Of a DNA stretch of 64,000 nt, positions 26,201-41,200 are shown piece after piece. How positions within the stretch are numbered: the stretch's first letter is position 1; each line of letters begins with the position of its first letter. Under the pieces are notes generated by a model, which was not told the DNA's origin, searched no databases, and saw only the letters and a list, made by a program, of their open reading frames with translations. The stretch lies in NCBI GenBank assembly GCA_905178155.1, contig CAJINV010000007.1, positions 2,709,151 to 2,773,150 on the forward strand, written 5' to 3'. The DNA is from Amoebophrya sp. A120. Lineage: Eukaryota > Protista > Dinoflagellata. A program made the position numbers and the translations under genes.

Positions 26201-29200
26201 GTTTTTGTTTCCATGAATCATAATCATGTGTTAGCTTTCGCATTCGGAACAAGATGAATGCAGTCTGTGGTCAACGTGCAGCTTGCAGGAACTGTAACTA
26301 ACGAGCAAGAAATCAAACGCAATAAAACCACGATCGAAACTGTCACAAACGAAAATACGTGCTCGGCTGCACCCACGCGAGCGTAATCGAATTCGCTGTG
26401 CTCGCGGAGACAAACAGTGAATCATCGGGCAGCTTATTCGCTTTCGCCGCGGCATAGAACGTGGCAGCGGGGGAGACGGAGGACGTCCCAGCGTCACTGA
26501 TGATCTGCACCAAGAACCGATAAGGCAGAGACGTCACCAGGTTGTTAAACGTGTACGTTTGCTGTGTGACATCCGAGACTGAGTAGGATAAAAACGGCCC
26601 TCCATTCCCGTCGTCGATGTAAACCGTGTACCCCTGCAACACCGCGTTGTATCAAATGCAAATATGTCTGGGTCTGGAAACATGTAAACTTCTGATGCGC
26701 GTTTCATACCAGACAAAAATCTGTCATGCATGGACCGCAAAAGTTGCTCATTTCTTGTCACCTCCCAAAGACGGCGCTTTTCATGCGGATGAGGTATTGC
26801 GAAGCCGGCTCAAAACCTGTGACGCTAGGCCTTGCATGCCATACCTTCTGTGTCAACATGCACAAGCAGCACAATACTCTTCCAGACCCAGACATATTTG
26901 CATTTGATACGTTGTTGAGATTTGCAATGTTCCCGTAGCTGTAGCCGATCGTGATGGAAGTTTTCGTGGAGGAAGCCAACGTCGGCGCAGTCGGGGTGTT
27001 TGGCGGCGCGGAACACCGGACGCGGATGTAGTCGGAAAAGGGAGAATCCCCCACCCCGCTGGTCGCCGTCATGCGGAACCAGTAGTTGTTGCCAAAGTTG
27101 CAGCCGAGCCTCGTGTAGTTCAAGGCGGTGAGGTCCGTGAAAGCGGTTCCGGCGTTGAAGTTGACCCCGTCGGTGGACTCGTAGATCTTGTACCCGGTGA
27201 GCGGTGATCCGCCGGTGGACTCGGGGAGCTGCACCGTCAAGGTGATGTCCCCGTTGGTCGACGCTGCTTTGATCAAAGACCCCTTCCCCGGCACAGTCGC
27301 GGACACGACGGACAGGATGCCGGACTCCGCGGACTGCCCGGCCTCGGAAGTGACCGCGACCTTGAAACGGTACGTGTTACCACTGGTGAGACCCGTTGCC
27401 GTGTACTGCGACTGCGTGATGTCGGTTAATTTTATGGATCCAAACGCCCCGTTGGCGCCGTTGTCGACGAACACCGTGGAGAACAAGTGCAGCGCCCCGT
27501 GCATGTCCGGGGTGGGCCACGAGACCGTGATCGAGGTCGCGGTGGAGGAGACGTAGGTCGGTGTGTCGGGGGTCGCCGGGGCTTGGGAGCAGCGCCGGGC
27601 TAGCGTGTCGGAGAGACCCGAAATGCCGTTCGCGTTCTGGGCCGCCACGTTGAAGAAAAGGAATTTTCTGTGGTTTTCGATTTTTTTAGTAAATGCTTAG
27701 TGCCTTCATTCGGTGACGAACAGAACAGAATCTGCGGGGCACATCAAACTCATCTTCTTCTTCATGTTCATCACATATCACCTCCCTCTATGGAACGATT
27801 GAAAAGAAGTAAAAGATTTTGTACCTCGCCGCATTGAACCCGTTTTGCGCGCACTGTTGCACGTACTGCTTCGTGTTAGGATCAGAGACCGTGGCCGTGT
27901 ACGTGTTCCCGTCCGCGTCCGCGACGTAGACCAAAAACCCCGTGATCACCGACCCGCCGTTCGACCCCGTGAAGTCCCACCCCACGGTCACCGACCCGTC
28001 ATCCGAAGCCAATGCCCGCACGTTGTCGACCGGAGACGGGACCGAGGCCGCTTTGACCGAGGAGGAAACGGGGGACAACGCGGAGCAGCCAACGGAGGAG
28101 CAAAGCCGGATCTTCGCACGGTAGCTGTGCCCCGTGGTGACGTTGTTGGTGTAGGTGTAGGAGAGCGAACTGGCGTCGTTGAAGGCGATCACCTCGAACA
28201 CATCGTCCGCGTCATTTTCGTCGTCAATCTGGATTTCCCAGCCCGTGTGCGTCGCACCATTCAGTTGCAAGGTCGACGGGTTGTACAAAGCCACGACGAT
28301 GGAACCTTGCGAACCGGTCAGCGTCGGACTTGCCGGGGTTGCCGGTGGCCCGGTGCAAACTAGGGCGACGGAGTCAGAGAACGCCCCGGTGCTCGTTGCA
28401 GAGCCCCCAACGCCGTTCATCGCCGCCACCTTGAAGTAGAACGTCGCACCGGAAGCGGGACAAGCGTAGGTGAAATAGGTTTCCGCGGCGGAGGGGGTGT
28501 AGCCCGCGAGGCTGTAGGTGGATCCGCCGTTCCCGGAGACGAAGACCGCGAACTTGTTGATCGTCACCCCGCCATTATCCTTCCCCGCGTAGGACCACTG
28601 CAGCGTGATTTCGCTTGTAGTCGAGTTCAACACCGTCGACGGGTCCGGCTTCTCGGGGAGACCGCCGACTACTAGATTGACAACGGACGTGAAAGGCCCG
28701 CAAGCGTTGATGTTGCAGGCCTGGATCCGCAGTTGAATCGTGTTTCCCGTGACTAAGGCGTCGGTCGGGCCACCGTAGCGAGCCGCGGGCGGGACGTTTA
28801 GGAATTGCTCCTCCCCGCCCGCTGTCATGTCCTTCCAGCCAATCACGTACTTCTTCAGCGGCGCGTCATTCGCGTTTTGGATGCTCGGCGGGTCCCAGGA
28901 AATCAATAAAGTCGTCCTGGTGGACGCGTAGTACGCGATATTGTTCGGCTCCAAGGGGTTTTTGCTCGCGTACCAAGTCCCCACCCCCGACCGGATCCCG
29001 AAGCCGTTCGAATTCTCCGCCCGCACTTGAAACCTGTACTCGTTGCCCGGCGTGTAGTCGGTTTTTGTGAAGGTTACGTCCGTGCCAGAATACAGCAACT
29101 GGTCGATCGCGCCGACGACCGAGTTGTCGTAGTAGAGTTCGTATTTCGAAACGGTCAGCACCGAGTAGGCGGCAGCCCAGTTCAACTTGATCACCGCCGA

Positions 29201-32200
29201 ATCCGCGGCCGTCGCGTCGAAGGTCGGGATGCCTGGCGGCTGCGGCGGGGCGCCCACGGTCAAAATCTTGTTTGGCGGCCAGGGATCGGAGGTCTGGTCG
29301 TAATTGGACACGGTAATTTGGAACTGGTACGTCTCTCCCGGGGTTAAGGAAGAGAGCGTCGTCTCCAAAACCGACGGGCCGCCCTCGTAGATTTGGAGGT
29401 AGGCGTTGGTGGCTTGTTTCATGATATCGCACGAACAAAGTATTTCACTGTAAGGATTTTGCACGTTTTGCATCACAAGTTTGTTCTACATGACAGAGAA
29501 AATTTGCCACGCAAGGTTCCAACGGGAAAACGCAGCTAAAAACCCACTGTCTTGCATGTGTAGCAAGACAAACACTTGCGCAGTGCATTTTCTGCATTAC
29601 AAGTTTAATACAGTGAAGCAGTTTTTTCTGGCGATACATGAAGATCTTGTACTTCGTGATGAAGGGCTGCGAGCAACCGCCGTTGGTCGGCGCGGAAAAG
29701 ACTAGCGTCACCCCGTCGTCCGTGAAATCTTTGAACTCAAACGACTCGGGATTGCTCGGCTTCCCGCAGATCTGCGTTCGGAAGACCGGTGAGTAGACGC
29801 CCCAACCGACCGCGTTCTTTGCCTGGATCACGAACCGGTAGAAGACCGAATCGGGATTCGGATACGTGTTGTTGGTTGCCGTGGCGACCTCGTTGAAGTT
29901 CACCGTGTAATTCCGGTTCGTGGTCGTTGCAATTTCGACAAAATCCCCGTACGCCCCGTCGTCGCGCAGCACCTTGTACATTTCGACCACCTGGTTGTTC
30001 AAATTCTCCGGCGTGTTCCACTGCAGCGCGATGGAACTGGAATCGGTCGGGAGCACGGTGGGATTTCGGCTGGGGGCACTCGTGAACGACGGGCCCTGTC
30101 CCGCGGAGAAATACAGGTATTCCGATTTCGCCGACTCGCCCGCCGTGTTCAGCGCCGTGACCGCGAACACGTAGTCCGTTCCGGGGTTCAAGCCCGTGAC
30201 CGCGAACTCGAAAATGTTCGCTTGCGACTCCCCGTTCCAGATCAAAATGTTGGGCACCGCGGTCGCGCCGTCATCTCGATACAACCGATATCCCGTGATC
30301 CGCTGCCCGCCGTTGTCCTCCGTGACCCCGTCCGCGAGTAACGGAACGGTCCATTTGAGGGTAATCCCGCTCGGCGTCCGGGTTCCGTTGATCACTTCCG
30401 GCTTGTCGGGAACGCCCGGCGTTACCGCGATAAACGCGGAGAAGGGGTCGGAGAACTGCGGGGTAACATCGGACAGGGGGTTGTCGGTGACCACCCGGTT
30501 GATCGCCGCCACCTGAAATTTGTAGAAGTACCCGGTGGTCAAAGCGGTCACAGTAGCTGTCTGCGTGGTGATCACCTGCCCCGTCCCGAGCGCATCGGAG
30601 TACACGTTGCCTCCCTGTCCGTCGTTCTTGTAGACGTAGTAAGCGGTGATCGGCGATCCCCCGTTGGAAAGAGGCGCCGTCCAGGTCAGCGTAATGTCTG
30701 TCAAATTGATCGCCGCCGCCTTCACGTCCAGGGGCTTTGTCGGCGCGCCGGCGGTCAAGGCTAGGATCGCTGGCGCGTACGGGATGCCGGCCGCGAGGGA
30801 ATTTTTCGTTTTGAAATTCTCAACCGACACCGTGTAGTACCGGTACTCGTCTTGCGCCGGGTGCGTGTAGGTGAACGTTGTCAAGTCCGCAGCGTCGGTG
30901 CTTCCTATCTGCACCATGTTGTTCGCCGGGTACCCGCCCTGCACGATGTACCCCAGGATCGGGCAGTGCGACACTTCCAAGGGCGGTACCCACTGGAACG
31001 TGGTCGCCAATTCCGACCGGGACAGAATCTTGAAGCTTTGAACCGCCTGCGGGGTGTCGCAGGTGATCGCGTTCAGCGTCGACGGCGCGGAAACGCCCGC
31101 CTGATTCTCCGCGGTGAGTTCCACCCGATACGTGTAGCCGGTGGCGAGCCCCGAAATGGTGAACCGGGTCTCGAGCCCAGTGTACACCTTCGCCACCGGA
31201 CCGCCCGCGCCGTCGTCGATGAAGAGATTGAACGCCGTGATCGTCGCGCCCCCGTCGTCCAGAGGCGGAAGCCACTCAAACGTGATTGTTCCAATCGAAC
31301 TGTCGTTCAGGAACAGTCTCGGTGCCCCCGGCGGAACCGCGGCGTACCAATTTGCAACTGCCGAGGGGAGGCCGGACACCCCGAAGTTTAGCGAGATTTC
31401 GTTGTGCGCGACAACTTGAAACTTGTACCGATTCCCGCTCGCGAAAGTCAGGAATTCCGTCGCGGTCCCGGCGCCCGTCCAGGCGAGGCGGTTCAACGTG
31501 GATTCGCTGTTCAATCCGTAGTACACCTGGTATTGAGTAATCGGCGCACCGCCGTCGTCCAAAGGCGCGGTCCAGGACACCACGGTGCCGGACCGAGAGG
31601 CGTACGTGAAGCCGATGTCGGTCGGCGGGCCGGGAACGCCGGCGGCTTTGATGAGAATGATGTCAGAAACCGCGGACTCGCCCGCGTTGTTCACGGCGGA
31701 CACCCGGAACCGGTACTCCGTACCGGGGGAGAGGCCTAGCGAGACGTACTCTGTAATGAGCGCGTTGGAAATCAAGGCAAAGGGCCCCCCGGCGGTCGCG
31801 CGGTACAACTTGAACGAGGTGATCGTCGCGCCGTTGTTCACCGGTGCCTCCCAAGACACGGTAATCGACGTCCTCGTCGAGTTCACCCGGCGGGGCGCAA
31901 GCGGCTGGTCGGGGACCGTCGCGCACGTGCCCTCAACCTCCGGCGAGTACCCGCCCCAGCCGACCGCGTTGTGCGCGCGAACCTTGAAGAAGAGCGTGAC
32001 GCCCAGCTCGCAGTTCTCGATCACGTGGTCCAAGTCCGCCGCGGCGTTCGTGGCGACAATGGCGTAGTCCGGTCCGGTCGCGGCCGTTTTCATCCACAAT
32101 TCGTAAAAATCGACACTCGCGCCCTTGTCATCCACCGTCGCCGGCCAGTAGGCTGTGAGTTGCCCCTTCGTCACTCGGTGGAAGAAGATCGTGCCCGGGG

Positions 32201-35200
32201 CGTCGGGCGCGCCCGCGGTGTACGCGCAGACCGGGTCGGACTGCCGGGGCAGTTGGTCGTTCAACGCGTTGGTCCACGAGACCAAGTTCATCGCCGCTAC
32301 CGTGAAGCAGTACTGCCGGCCCGCGACCAAGTAGTCGGATAAGCCGGCGTTGGTGTAGAGGGTCAGTTCCGTCGCGCCGGATCCGTTCGCCGTGTCGTTG
32401 AACGGAACGTAGATCGACCCGCCTAAACCGTTGTTCCGGAACACCCGGTAGAACAAAACCGGCGAACCGCCGTCGGAAGTTGCTGCCAACGCGTTCCAGT
32501 CCAATTTCACGTGGAACTGATCCGCCGACACGATCACCGGCGTCGTCATCTTCGCCGGTGCTTCCGCGGCGACAATCGCGACTTCCTGGGTGAAAGCGGA
32601 CCTGCCGCCAGCCGTTCTGACCTGCACCGCAAACTTGTACACCGACCCGGGCGCCGCGGGGTCGATGAAGTACTCGGTCGTTTGTTGTTCCGCTTGCAGA
32701 ATACCATCTCGTCTCGCGATATACGCTTCCACCGGGCAGCCGCCGACCACTAACGGTGGTTCCCACTTGATCTGAATCAACACAGAAGACCGATACACGA
32801 TCTTCAAGTTGGTCGGCACGGTCGGGATCGCGCACAGGGTGACTTCGACCGCGTCGGACAGATCAGAAGTGCCGACCGCGTTGGTCGCCGCGACGCGGAA
32901 CTTGTACTTCCCAGACGTCGTGAGCGAGGTTTTCGCGTAGGAGGAAGACAACCCGCGGTAAATTTCCGTGTACACATCCTTCCCGTCCCCGGCGTTCATG
33001 TACAGGTTGAAGCTCGTCACGGGCAAATTCGAGCTGTACGGGGACAGCCACGACAGGGAAACCGACGACGACGACTTGTGCAAGGCCAGCGGCGGTTGCG
33101 GCGTCGCCGGACGGTCCGCCACGTAGACCAGATTCGACTTTGCGGACTTCACGCCGACGCCGATCTTGTTCACCGCCCGCACGTGGTAGTAGTGCGCGGT
33201 ACCTGGTAGAAGTTGGCCGAAACCAGCGCCGTCATTTGTGTCCGTGAACTCCCGGGTAAGCGGATCGCCCGCAATTGGCATGGCGACTTTCTCGACGTAG
33301 AAGTTCGTGACTGAAACGGCGCCGTCGTTCTGCTCCGACGCGTCCTCGACGTAGGCGAAGAGCCTGTAGTTCGTCCCCTCCGCCAGTCTACAGTCCGAAT
33401 ACGTCACGGTGTAGGGAGACACGTTCGTGACCACCACCCCGGATTGCTTACAGCTGTTGCCGCCCTGGCTGAACTTCCCGGCTTTCACGTCCAAGAACGT
33501 TTTGACCTGGGACGACTGCTGCTCCGCGATCACCGCGGTCCACATGTACCCCGTTGGCGCGACGGTGGAGAACCGAAATTTGATTCCGTCTTTCGTAATC
33601 GCGGAGATCGAAGGCGAGGCGACGAAGTAGTTCGACCGCGCGCCGGAGCCGATGTTGATCGTCATCCCATATAACGTTCCGTCCGACGCTTCAGCAGTGT
33701 CCTCCACGTAGATCAGGAGTTTGTAGTCGGTTTGCGGCGCGAGACCGCAACCTGAGAACGACCAGGACTGCCGCGTGTTCCCGATGGCAAGTGCGGTTTT
33801 GTTGCACCCCTCCCCGCCAGCGGCGTAGGCGCCGGATTTCAGGTAGGCAACGGTCACGTTGAAGTTGTTGTCGACGTCATTGCCCGCCAACTTGTACGCG
33901 GCCAGCGGGAACAGGGCGCCCCACGCCTTCCCGTCCGTTTCCGCCGCCTGGTACTCGACGGTGACACCATCTGCGATCGCCGTAGAAGACAGATACGGGT
34001 CGACGGAGAAGGAATTCGATGGTGGGATGTGGAGCTCCACCGGCGGCGCGACGGTGCCATCATTGTTCCCGTTCGCGTCCTCCACGTACACGTGCAGGTT
34101 GTAGGCGAACCCCTTTGTGAACGCGCAACCGGTGAAATCCAGGGAAATCAACCCGGTAGTACTGCTCCCCCAGCTCGGTAGCGCCTCGTTCACTTTCCGG
34201 CAGCCAAAGGAGCCGAACGCACCTGTCAACGCCTTGATCTCCGCTGCTTGCGGCAGCGGCTCGGTTGCCGCCTGCTTGATCGTGACCATGGCCCAGTACT
34301 TACCGGTTCTCGCCGCCGCGAACTTCCAGGAAAACCCGTCGGAGGTCGCGTTCGTGCCTTCTGGGTTGTAGGGGGGAACGAGGAAGTTGTTTGAAACCGG
34401 GGGGGTCACCTCAAAGTAGTACTGCGTGCCGTCGTCGTTGCTCGCGCCGTCCTCGACATACAGAACCAGAGCCGCAGTGACCCCAGCGGTCATGTTGCAG
34501 CCGCCGGAGAACCCCAGGGTGAACTCCGTGTTCGCGGTCACCGAGGTCCTGGAAACCGAGCAGTGCGAGCCGTAGCCCGAGTGGATTGTGTGGACGGGGA
34601 GGAGCGTCGACCCGGCGGAAAACGCGGTCAGCGGGAAAATCGCGCCGCACAACTTCCCCGTCTTCTCCGGCAGAACCGCAACAGACACGTCGGTGATGGT
34701 CGGCTGGGAGAGTAAGTGGTAACTTGTCAACGTGTTGCTGGGCGGAATTTCGATGTCAAACGCTGGGGATAGGGTTCCGTCCAACCCGCTCGTGTAGTTC
34801 CCGATGATGTACACAAACCCCTTATACGTGTGTCCCACTTGCAAACTGCAGGAAGAATAGCTGTAGGTCTCCTGGACGAGTTCGGAGATCGCCGCGGCGT
34901 TGGTGAAGCACTTGACGGCAGACGTTGGGGACAGTAAAGACCGATCTTTGATTGACTGCGGCGTCACCATCTTCTCCAAGACCGACTCCACGACAATGGA
35001 GTACGCCTCCCCGGATTTCTGCGGCGTGAAGGTCATCGTGAAGCCATTCGGGACCACGGCAGAGGTGATTTTTGGGTATTTGTCGAAGAGGTTGGAAGTC
35101 CCAGCGGTCACGTTGAACCCACCGACTAATTGCTGAAAGTACCCATCGTACGACCCCGTCGCATCGGAAACGTACACCATCAGAGCGAACGTCCGTTCGT

Positions 35201-38200
35201 GCGACAGCAAGCAGTTCGACACCACCAGCTTGTTCGCCTCCTCCGCCAGCGCGGCCGTTAATTCCGCAGAGCGGCACAGCGCGTACCCGGACGTCGCCCC
35301 GGAATACGTGCCAAAGAAGTCATCCACCGTGACGTTCGCAACCGCCGTGGGCTCCACGACGATCGCCCGGGCGCGGCCCGCGACCGTGGGCGTCACGGAC
35401 ACGTAGACGTTTGACGCGGTGGGCGTGCCGTGCATCACGGGGGGAATTACGAGTTTGGAACTGTACGCGACGGTCAATGCGCCAGAACTGACCTGCCCAT
35501 CGTTCGCCCCGGCGTTGGACTCGACGTAGACGAAGGCGGAATGGGTCCCGTTTCCCGCCGGGATTTCGCAACCAGAGGACAGATACACCTCGGTGACTTC
35601 CATCGCGGTAACGGACAGGGATTGCAGCCCGCAAGTTGTGAAATCGCCCCTTGCCTGGGATCCAGCGACGGTGGAGGTTTTGAACTCCGCCACCGTCGCA
35701 TCGTACCCGGTTGGAAAGACTCTCGCCCAGGCCTTCCCCGAAATGCCGGGCGTGAAAGAGAACCCAACCGCGTCTCCCGTCGCGTTCAGCTGAACCGGCG
35801 CTTGGTACACGGTGCCCGAGAACGCGAGCTTCAGCAACTTGCCGCCGTTGGACGAAAGTTCGCCATCGGAATTCCCGGCTGCAGATTCCACGTACACGAG
35901 AATCCGGTACTCCGTCCCCGCCGCCAAGACGCAGTTGGTTAGCGTCTTACTGGTCACACCAGAGCCAATCGTCGAATTCCCTCTGCACTGGTCGTAGTCA
36001 TTGGTTAAACCGGGGATCAACGGTGAGTTCAACAATTTCATCGCGCCAATGTCGAAACTGCTCGTGTCCGTGTTCCGCACAATCGTGTAGTAGGCCAAGC
36101 CCGCAGCCGTCGCCTGGAAGGAGATCGTCACAGAAGCTGCGGTAGGGGTCCCCGTCGCTTCGGGGTATTTCGTAAAGGTATTCGACGGCGTCGGATCCGC
36201 CAGGTAGAACTCCACCGTGTCAAGCTGCCCGTCGTACATGTTCTGCGTGTCTTCCACGTAAAAGGTCACCACGTACGTTTGGTTCACGGCCAAGTTGCAA
36301 GAGCTGAACGAGGTTGTTTTCAACGACGAGGAGGCAATCGCGACGTTGCTTACTCTGCAGTTCGCCTGGTTGTTGTAAGCAGTGGTGAACCCCCGGACGA
36401 TGTGCGCGGTGGTTGTCACCGCCGCGTTTGCCTTGGTCGTCAAAACGCCCCACAGCTTCCCGCTCGTTTTCGTCGACTGCATCTTCACGGTCAAACCCGC
36501 GGTGGTCGGCGTCGAGTAGATGTAGGGCCGGATCTGGAAGGAGTCTGACGGCCCCATCTCGACATCAGCCGGCCCGAAAAGCGTTCCGCCGTTGTTTGCA
36601 CTTGAGTCTTCTATGTAGGCGAATAACTTGTACGTCTTCCCGTACTGCAGGCCGCAACTGGACATCACGACGGACTGCTCCGCGGTATATGGGGCCGCGT
36701 TGATGTGCTGCACACCACTCGCGCAATTCCCGCCGGAGCCCGCTTTCACCGATGCAACAGAAACTTGGTCGGAAAAAGCCGGGTCGACGATCATCACGTA
36801 GTAGTAGGATTCGATGTCCAGCTTCGCCACGATCTTCGCAGTCCCACCAGTTCTGGAGATGCTGGTCGGTACAATATGCGGCGGAGACCGCAAGTCAAAC
36901 TGCTGATTCGAAGCGGAAATGATGTCAATCGCGGCGCTCATGCTGCCGTCTAAGCGTCCGTTCGTATCCGCGACGTAGACGTACGCCTTGTAGGTCACGT
37001 CTCTCTGCAAGGCGTTGCAGTTTGTGAACGCGAAGGTGAAGTTCGTCATGCCGGTCAACGGCTGATTCCCCATGAAGCAAATGCTACCCAAACCGCCCTT
37101 CACTTTCGAGATCGACACAGATTCCGCCTCCTTCTGTGTAAAAATCGCTGCCCAACCGAGCCCGTTCAACTGCGGCTGCGTCTGGATGTTGATCAGGCTC
37201 GGCACCGGCGTGCCCATCAAGAACGGCGCGATTTCGAACACGTTGCTGCCCGGGACCTTGAAGTCAACCGCGAGCAGTTGGCCCCCGTCCGGGTCGGTCA
37301 AGTCCTCCACGTAGAGGATGACTTTGTACTGTTCGCCGTGCTTCAACCCGCAACCGGCTAAGGGGATGTTCTGGACGTTGTTGTCAATCACCAAGCGGGA
37401 CTTCCTGCATCCGTTTCCACCAAGCGAGTAGGAGCCGAGCGCGATGTTCTTTTTCGTGATCAGCACCGGATTCCGATCGTACGCCGCTTTCGTCACCAGA
37501 AGCATCGAGATCCTTCCCTCATACAGGGCCTGGACGCGGACCGTTAAACCCATTGGCGTGATCGCGTGGAAGCTCGGGTACCCCTCTGTAAACCCGTTCG
37601 ACGGTGGTGCTTCGATCGGCTGCGAGACATACAGCGTCCCGTCGGAATGCCCGTCTGCGTCCGCGACGTAGGCAATGAGGCTGAAATAGGAACCAGACGC
37701 GAGGTTGCAGCCCGTGAACGTGACCTGCTCGACGTTGTTGCTGATAGCCTGGCCCAACACCATGCAGGTGTTGTTCGCGGTAGATAAACTGCCACCAAGC
37801 GCATCCACTGCGGTCCTCGCCTTCGCGATCGTGTAGCCGACCGTCCCCACAGCGGTGGTGGACACGAGTTTCGCAAACAAACTGCCCTTCATAGCCGCGG
37901 CTTGGAAGGAGAACACCAATCCGTCCAGGGTTTTGTTCTCGTAGGTCGGGAAATCGGTGAAGCTGTTCGACAAGCCAACCGGGATAACAGTTTCCAGCGC
38001 CTTCATGAACCCGTCGTTCCGGCCATGAATGTCCTCCGCATAGACGTAGGTCACGTACACCGTTCCCAAAGAGAGCGCGCAATCGGTCAAAGTGACAAAA
38101 GTCTCCTGCCCGTTCGTCACGGGCAGGTTTTCCGCTCTGCACGCCGTGCTGTTCACACCCATGCTCGGCAAGTTGGTCTTCAGCTCCGCGGGGCCCACTT

Positions 38201-41200
38201 TATTGGCGGTCGCGGGGTACACCGCCACCCAAACTCTGCCGCCACTCACCATGTCGGTGCCATTGGTCGTGAAAGCTACTCGAACAGTGTCGGCGGACGG
38301 GTCGCCCACTAGATACGCCCCGTAAGCCCCCGGCTGGAAGTTGTTGCTGTAGTCTTCCATCGTGAGGGAAAGCGGCCCGACGATCTCGCCGTCGTTCAAT
38401 CCGCGGGAATCTTCGACATACAAAAACGTCGAGTACAGCTTCTGGCGGTTCAGCGCGCAGCCGGTCAGGGTCACCGTGATCGGCGAGTCCGTCGCGTTGG
38501 CCGAAGCGCCGATCGCCCGACAGCTGGTGGCCCCCATGGCGAAGATCCCCGCTTTAACCGCGGCGATGTCGATGACGTCCGCGTTCTCCTGCTGCACGAT
38601 CATGGCCCACACAAACCCATCGGCCGTCGTGTTGAACCCGTAGGCCACGCCGTCCGGCGAAACCCCGCCCGCGGTGAGTTGTGGAGGCTGCAAGAAGCCG
38701 TTGCTCGCGGGGACGGTGATGGGCAGACCGGGTCGCGATAACACGCCCGTGTACACGTCCGCGACGAAATTCAGATCCTCAATGTACATGAAGAAGCGGT
38801 AGGAGCTGGACCCGCGGAGGTTGCAGTTCGTCAAGGACACCGTGGACTCCACGCCACCCGGAATGTCGAACATCTGCTTCCAGCAGACCAACTGGTTCAC
38901 CGCACCGACCTGCTGTACCCCCGCGTCGCGCAGAGAGCGGATGTTGATGCAGGACCCGAGAATCTCCTCCGCCAAGCCCGCCCACGCCTTCCCGTTCGCA
39001 AAGGTCGTGACTTTCACCGTAATCGTTTGGATAGACACGTCGGTCGCCATGTTCGCGACGTACGGTAAAACCGAGAAATAATTCGTGGTGGAAGGCGAAG
39101 CTGCGACGACTAAGGACAGGGGGGATACGGTGCCATCCGTTTCGCCCTTCACATCCTCGATGTAGACATACAACTTGTAGTTCTCATTCGCCGTGAAGAG
39201 ACAGTTCGTCGCGGTCGCGTTCCCGACCACCAGATCTGCGCCGGCCCCGATGGTTGCTGTGCCGGTGCAAACCGTGTCGGTCGCGGCCTTCGCCATCGGC
39301 TTGGTGATGGTCTTCGCGAAAGCATAATCGTAAACGAGAACGTAAGCCGTACCGGGAACAGTCGCTGTGAACCCGACAACCAAATTGCTCACCTCCGGCT
39401 GCTTGCCCATCACGGTTTCGCGGAGCGCTGGAATGACCGCGAAGCTGTTGGACGGCTCCACCTTGAAGGCGATTGCTTCGGTTAAAGTCCCCTTATTGAT
39501 CCCCGAGCCCTGGTTTTCCGCATACACATACGCGTAGTACGTCGTGTCGCCGAGCATCGCGCAGAGTGTGAGAGTGTTGGTTGTTGGTTTATTCCCCGCG
39601 ACGAACACCGCGGAAACCGTGCAGTTCGTACTGTCACCCTGCGAGAGGGTGGACGCTTTCAAGTTCTCCACCGTGACCAAATCCTTGTTCGCTTCGGACA
39701 CGATCGACGCCCAGACCTTCCCCGAGGCGGCGGCGGTGGTGTAGGACAAGGTTAACCCGTCCTTCGAAATGGCCGAAATCGTCGGATAAACCAGAAACGA
39801 GTTACTAGGCCGCTCCACCGGGAACTGCGAGGCTGGCGCGAGGGTGCCGTCGGACTCCAAGCCGGTGCTGGACTCAATGTACACGATGGCCGCGAAGTAG
39901 GAGATTAGAGGGGAGGTGGAGTACACCGGTAAGTTACAATTGCTCAACGTTACCATGTTCACGCCGGCAGAGATCGTCAACGGGCTGTCTCCCACGTACT
40001 TACAGGATTTGGCACCCAAAGCGACACTTCCCTTCTTCACGGACTCGGTCGTCGCGGTCAGCACGTGGTTCGGGAGCAACACGTTGATCCACGCTTTCCC
40101 GTCCACATTCGCGCGGAACTCCACCACAACGGAATGTTGGGAGCCCGACCAGGCGTGCGCGACCGGCGCTTGCGTGAAGTAGTTGGAAATCGGGTAGATC
40201 AAATGCCCATCCCGGTACACCCGGTAGGATGTCACCATCGCCCCGCAATCAGATACCACCTCCGACCAGCGCAGCGTGACGCTGTATTCCGTCGCGGACT
40301 TCCTTACTGGGGCCGTGAAGATGCTCCTCGGTGCGCACCGCATCTCCGCCGTGAAGATCGGGGACCGAGGGGACTCCCCGACACCGTTGATCGCGGACAC
40401 GTAGTACCGGTAGTTCCTGCCGTTAATCAAGCCTCTATCGTCGTACTCCCGCTTGTTGCCCTGGTACACCAAGGAGTACACCCCGGACGCCGCGCCGTTG
40501 TCCCGGTACAGGTTGTACACGGAAATTGGACTACCGCCGGTCACCAGCGGTTCCTCCCAAGACAGAATCATGGAAGATGGTGTTCTGGTGTCCACCATCT
40601 CCAAAGGCGACATCGGGGTGGACTTCAGGAACGCGATGCTGGTCGGCGCGGCGGGCTCAATCGAGCACACGCGCACCGCCGGGTTGCTGTGCGGACCCCA
40701 CCCGAGGGCATTCTTGGCCTGCACGGTGATGGAGTACGTCCTGCCGACTTCGCATAAGGTGACAACCGACGTGGTGGACGGATCGGTCGAACCGTCGTAC
40801 TGTTCGCAGTTCTGGTCGTAGTACACCTTGTAACCGAGAATTGCAACCCCACCGTAGTCCGTCGGGGGGAGGAAGGACACCTGAAATTCCCCAGCCACGC
40901 CGGTAGATTGCACCTGCGGCACGTCCATCGCGCCGGGCAGTTGCGCGGCGACTTGGGAGATCGGGCTAGTGTAGTACCCGATCCCCACGTCGTTCTCCGC
41001 CGCGACTCGGACCCGGTACGCCCGGCCCGCCGTCAAACCACGAATGGTCGCGAACGTCGCTGTCGTTTCGGTCGCCACGAAGAAATCCCCCCCGAGACCG
41101 TCGTCAATCTGCACCTTGTACCGCCGGACCGGGGTGCCAGAGTCCAAAGTCGGCGGCTCCCACTTGACCGAAACGGAGGTCCGTGTCGTGGCGCCGGCGA

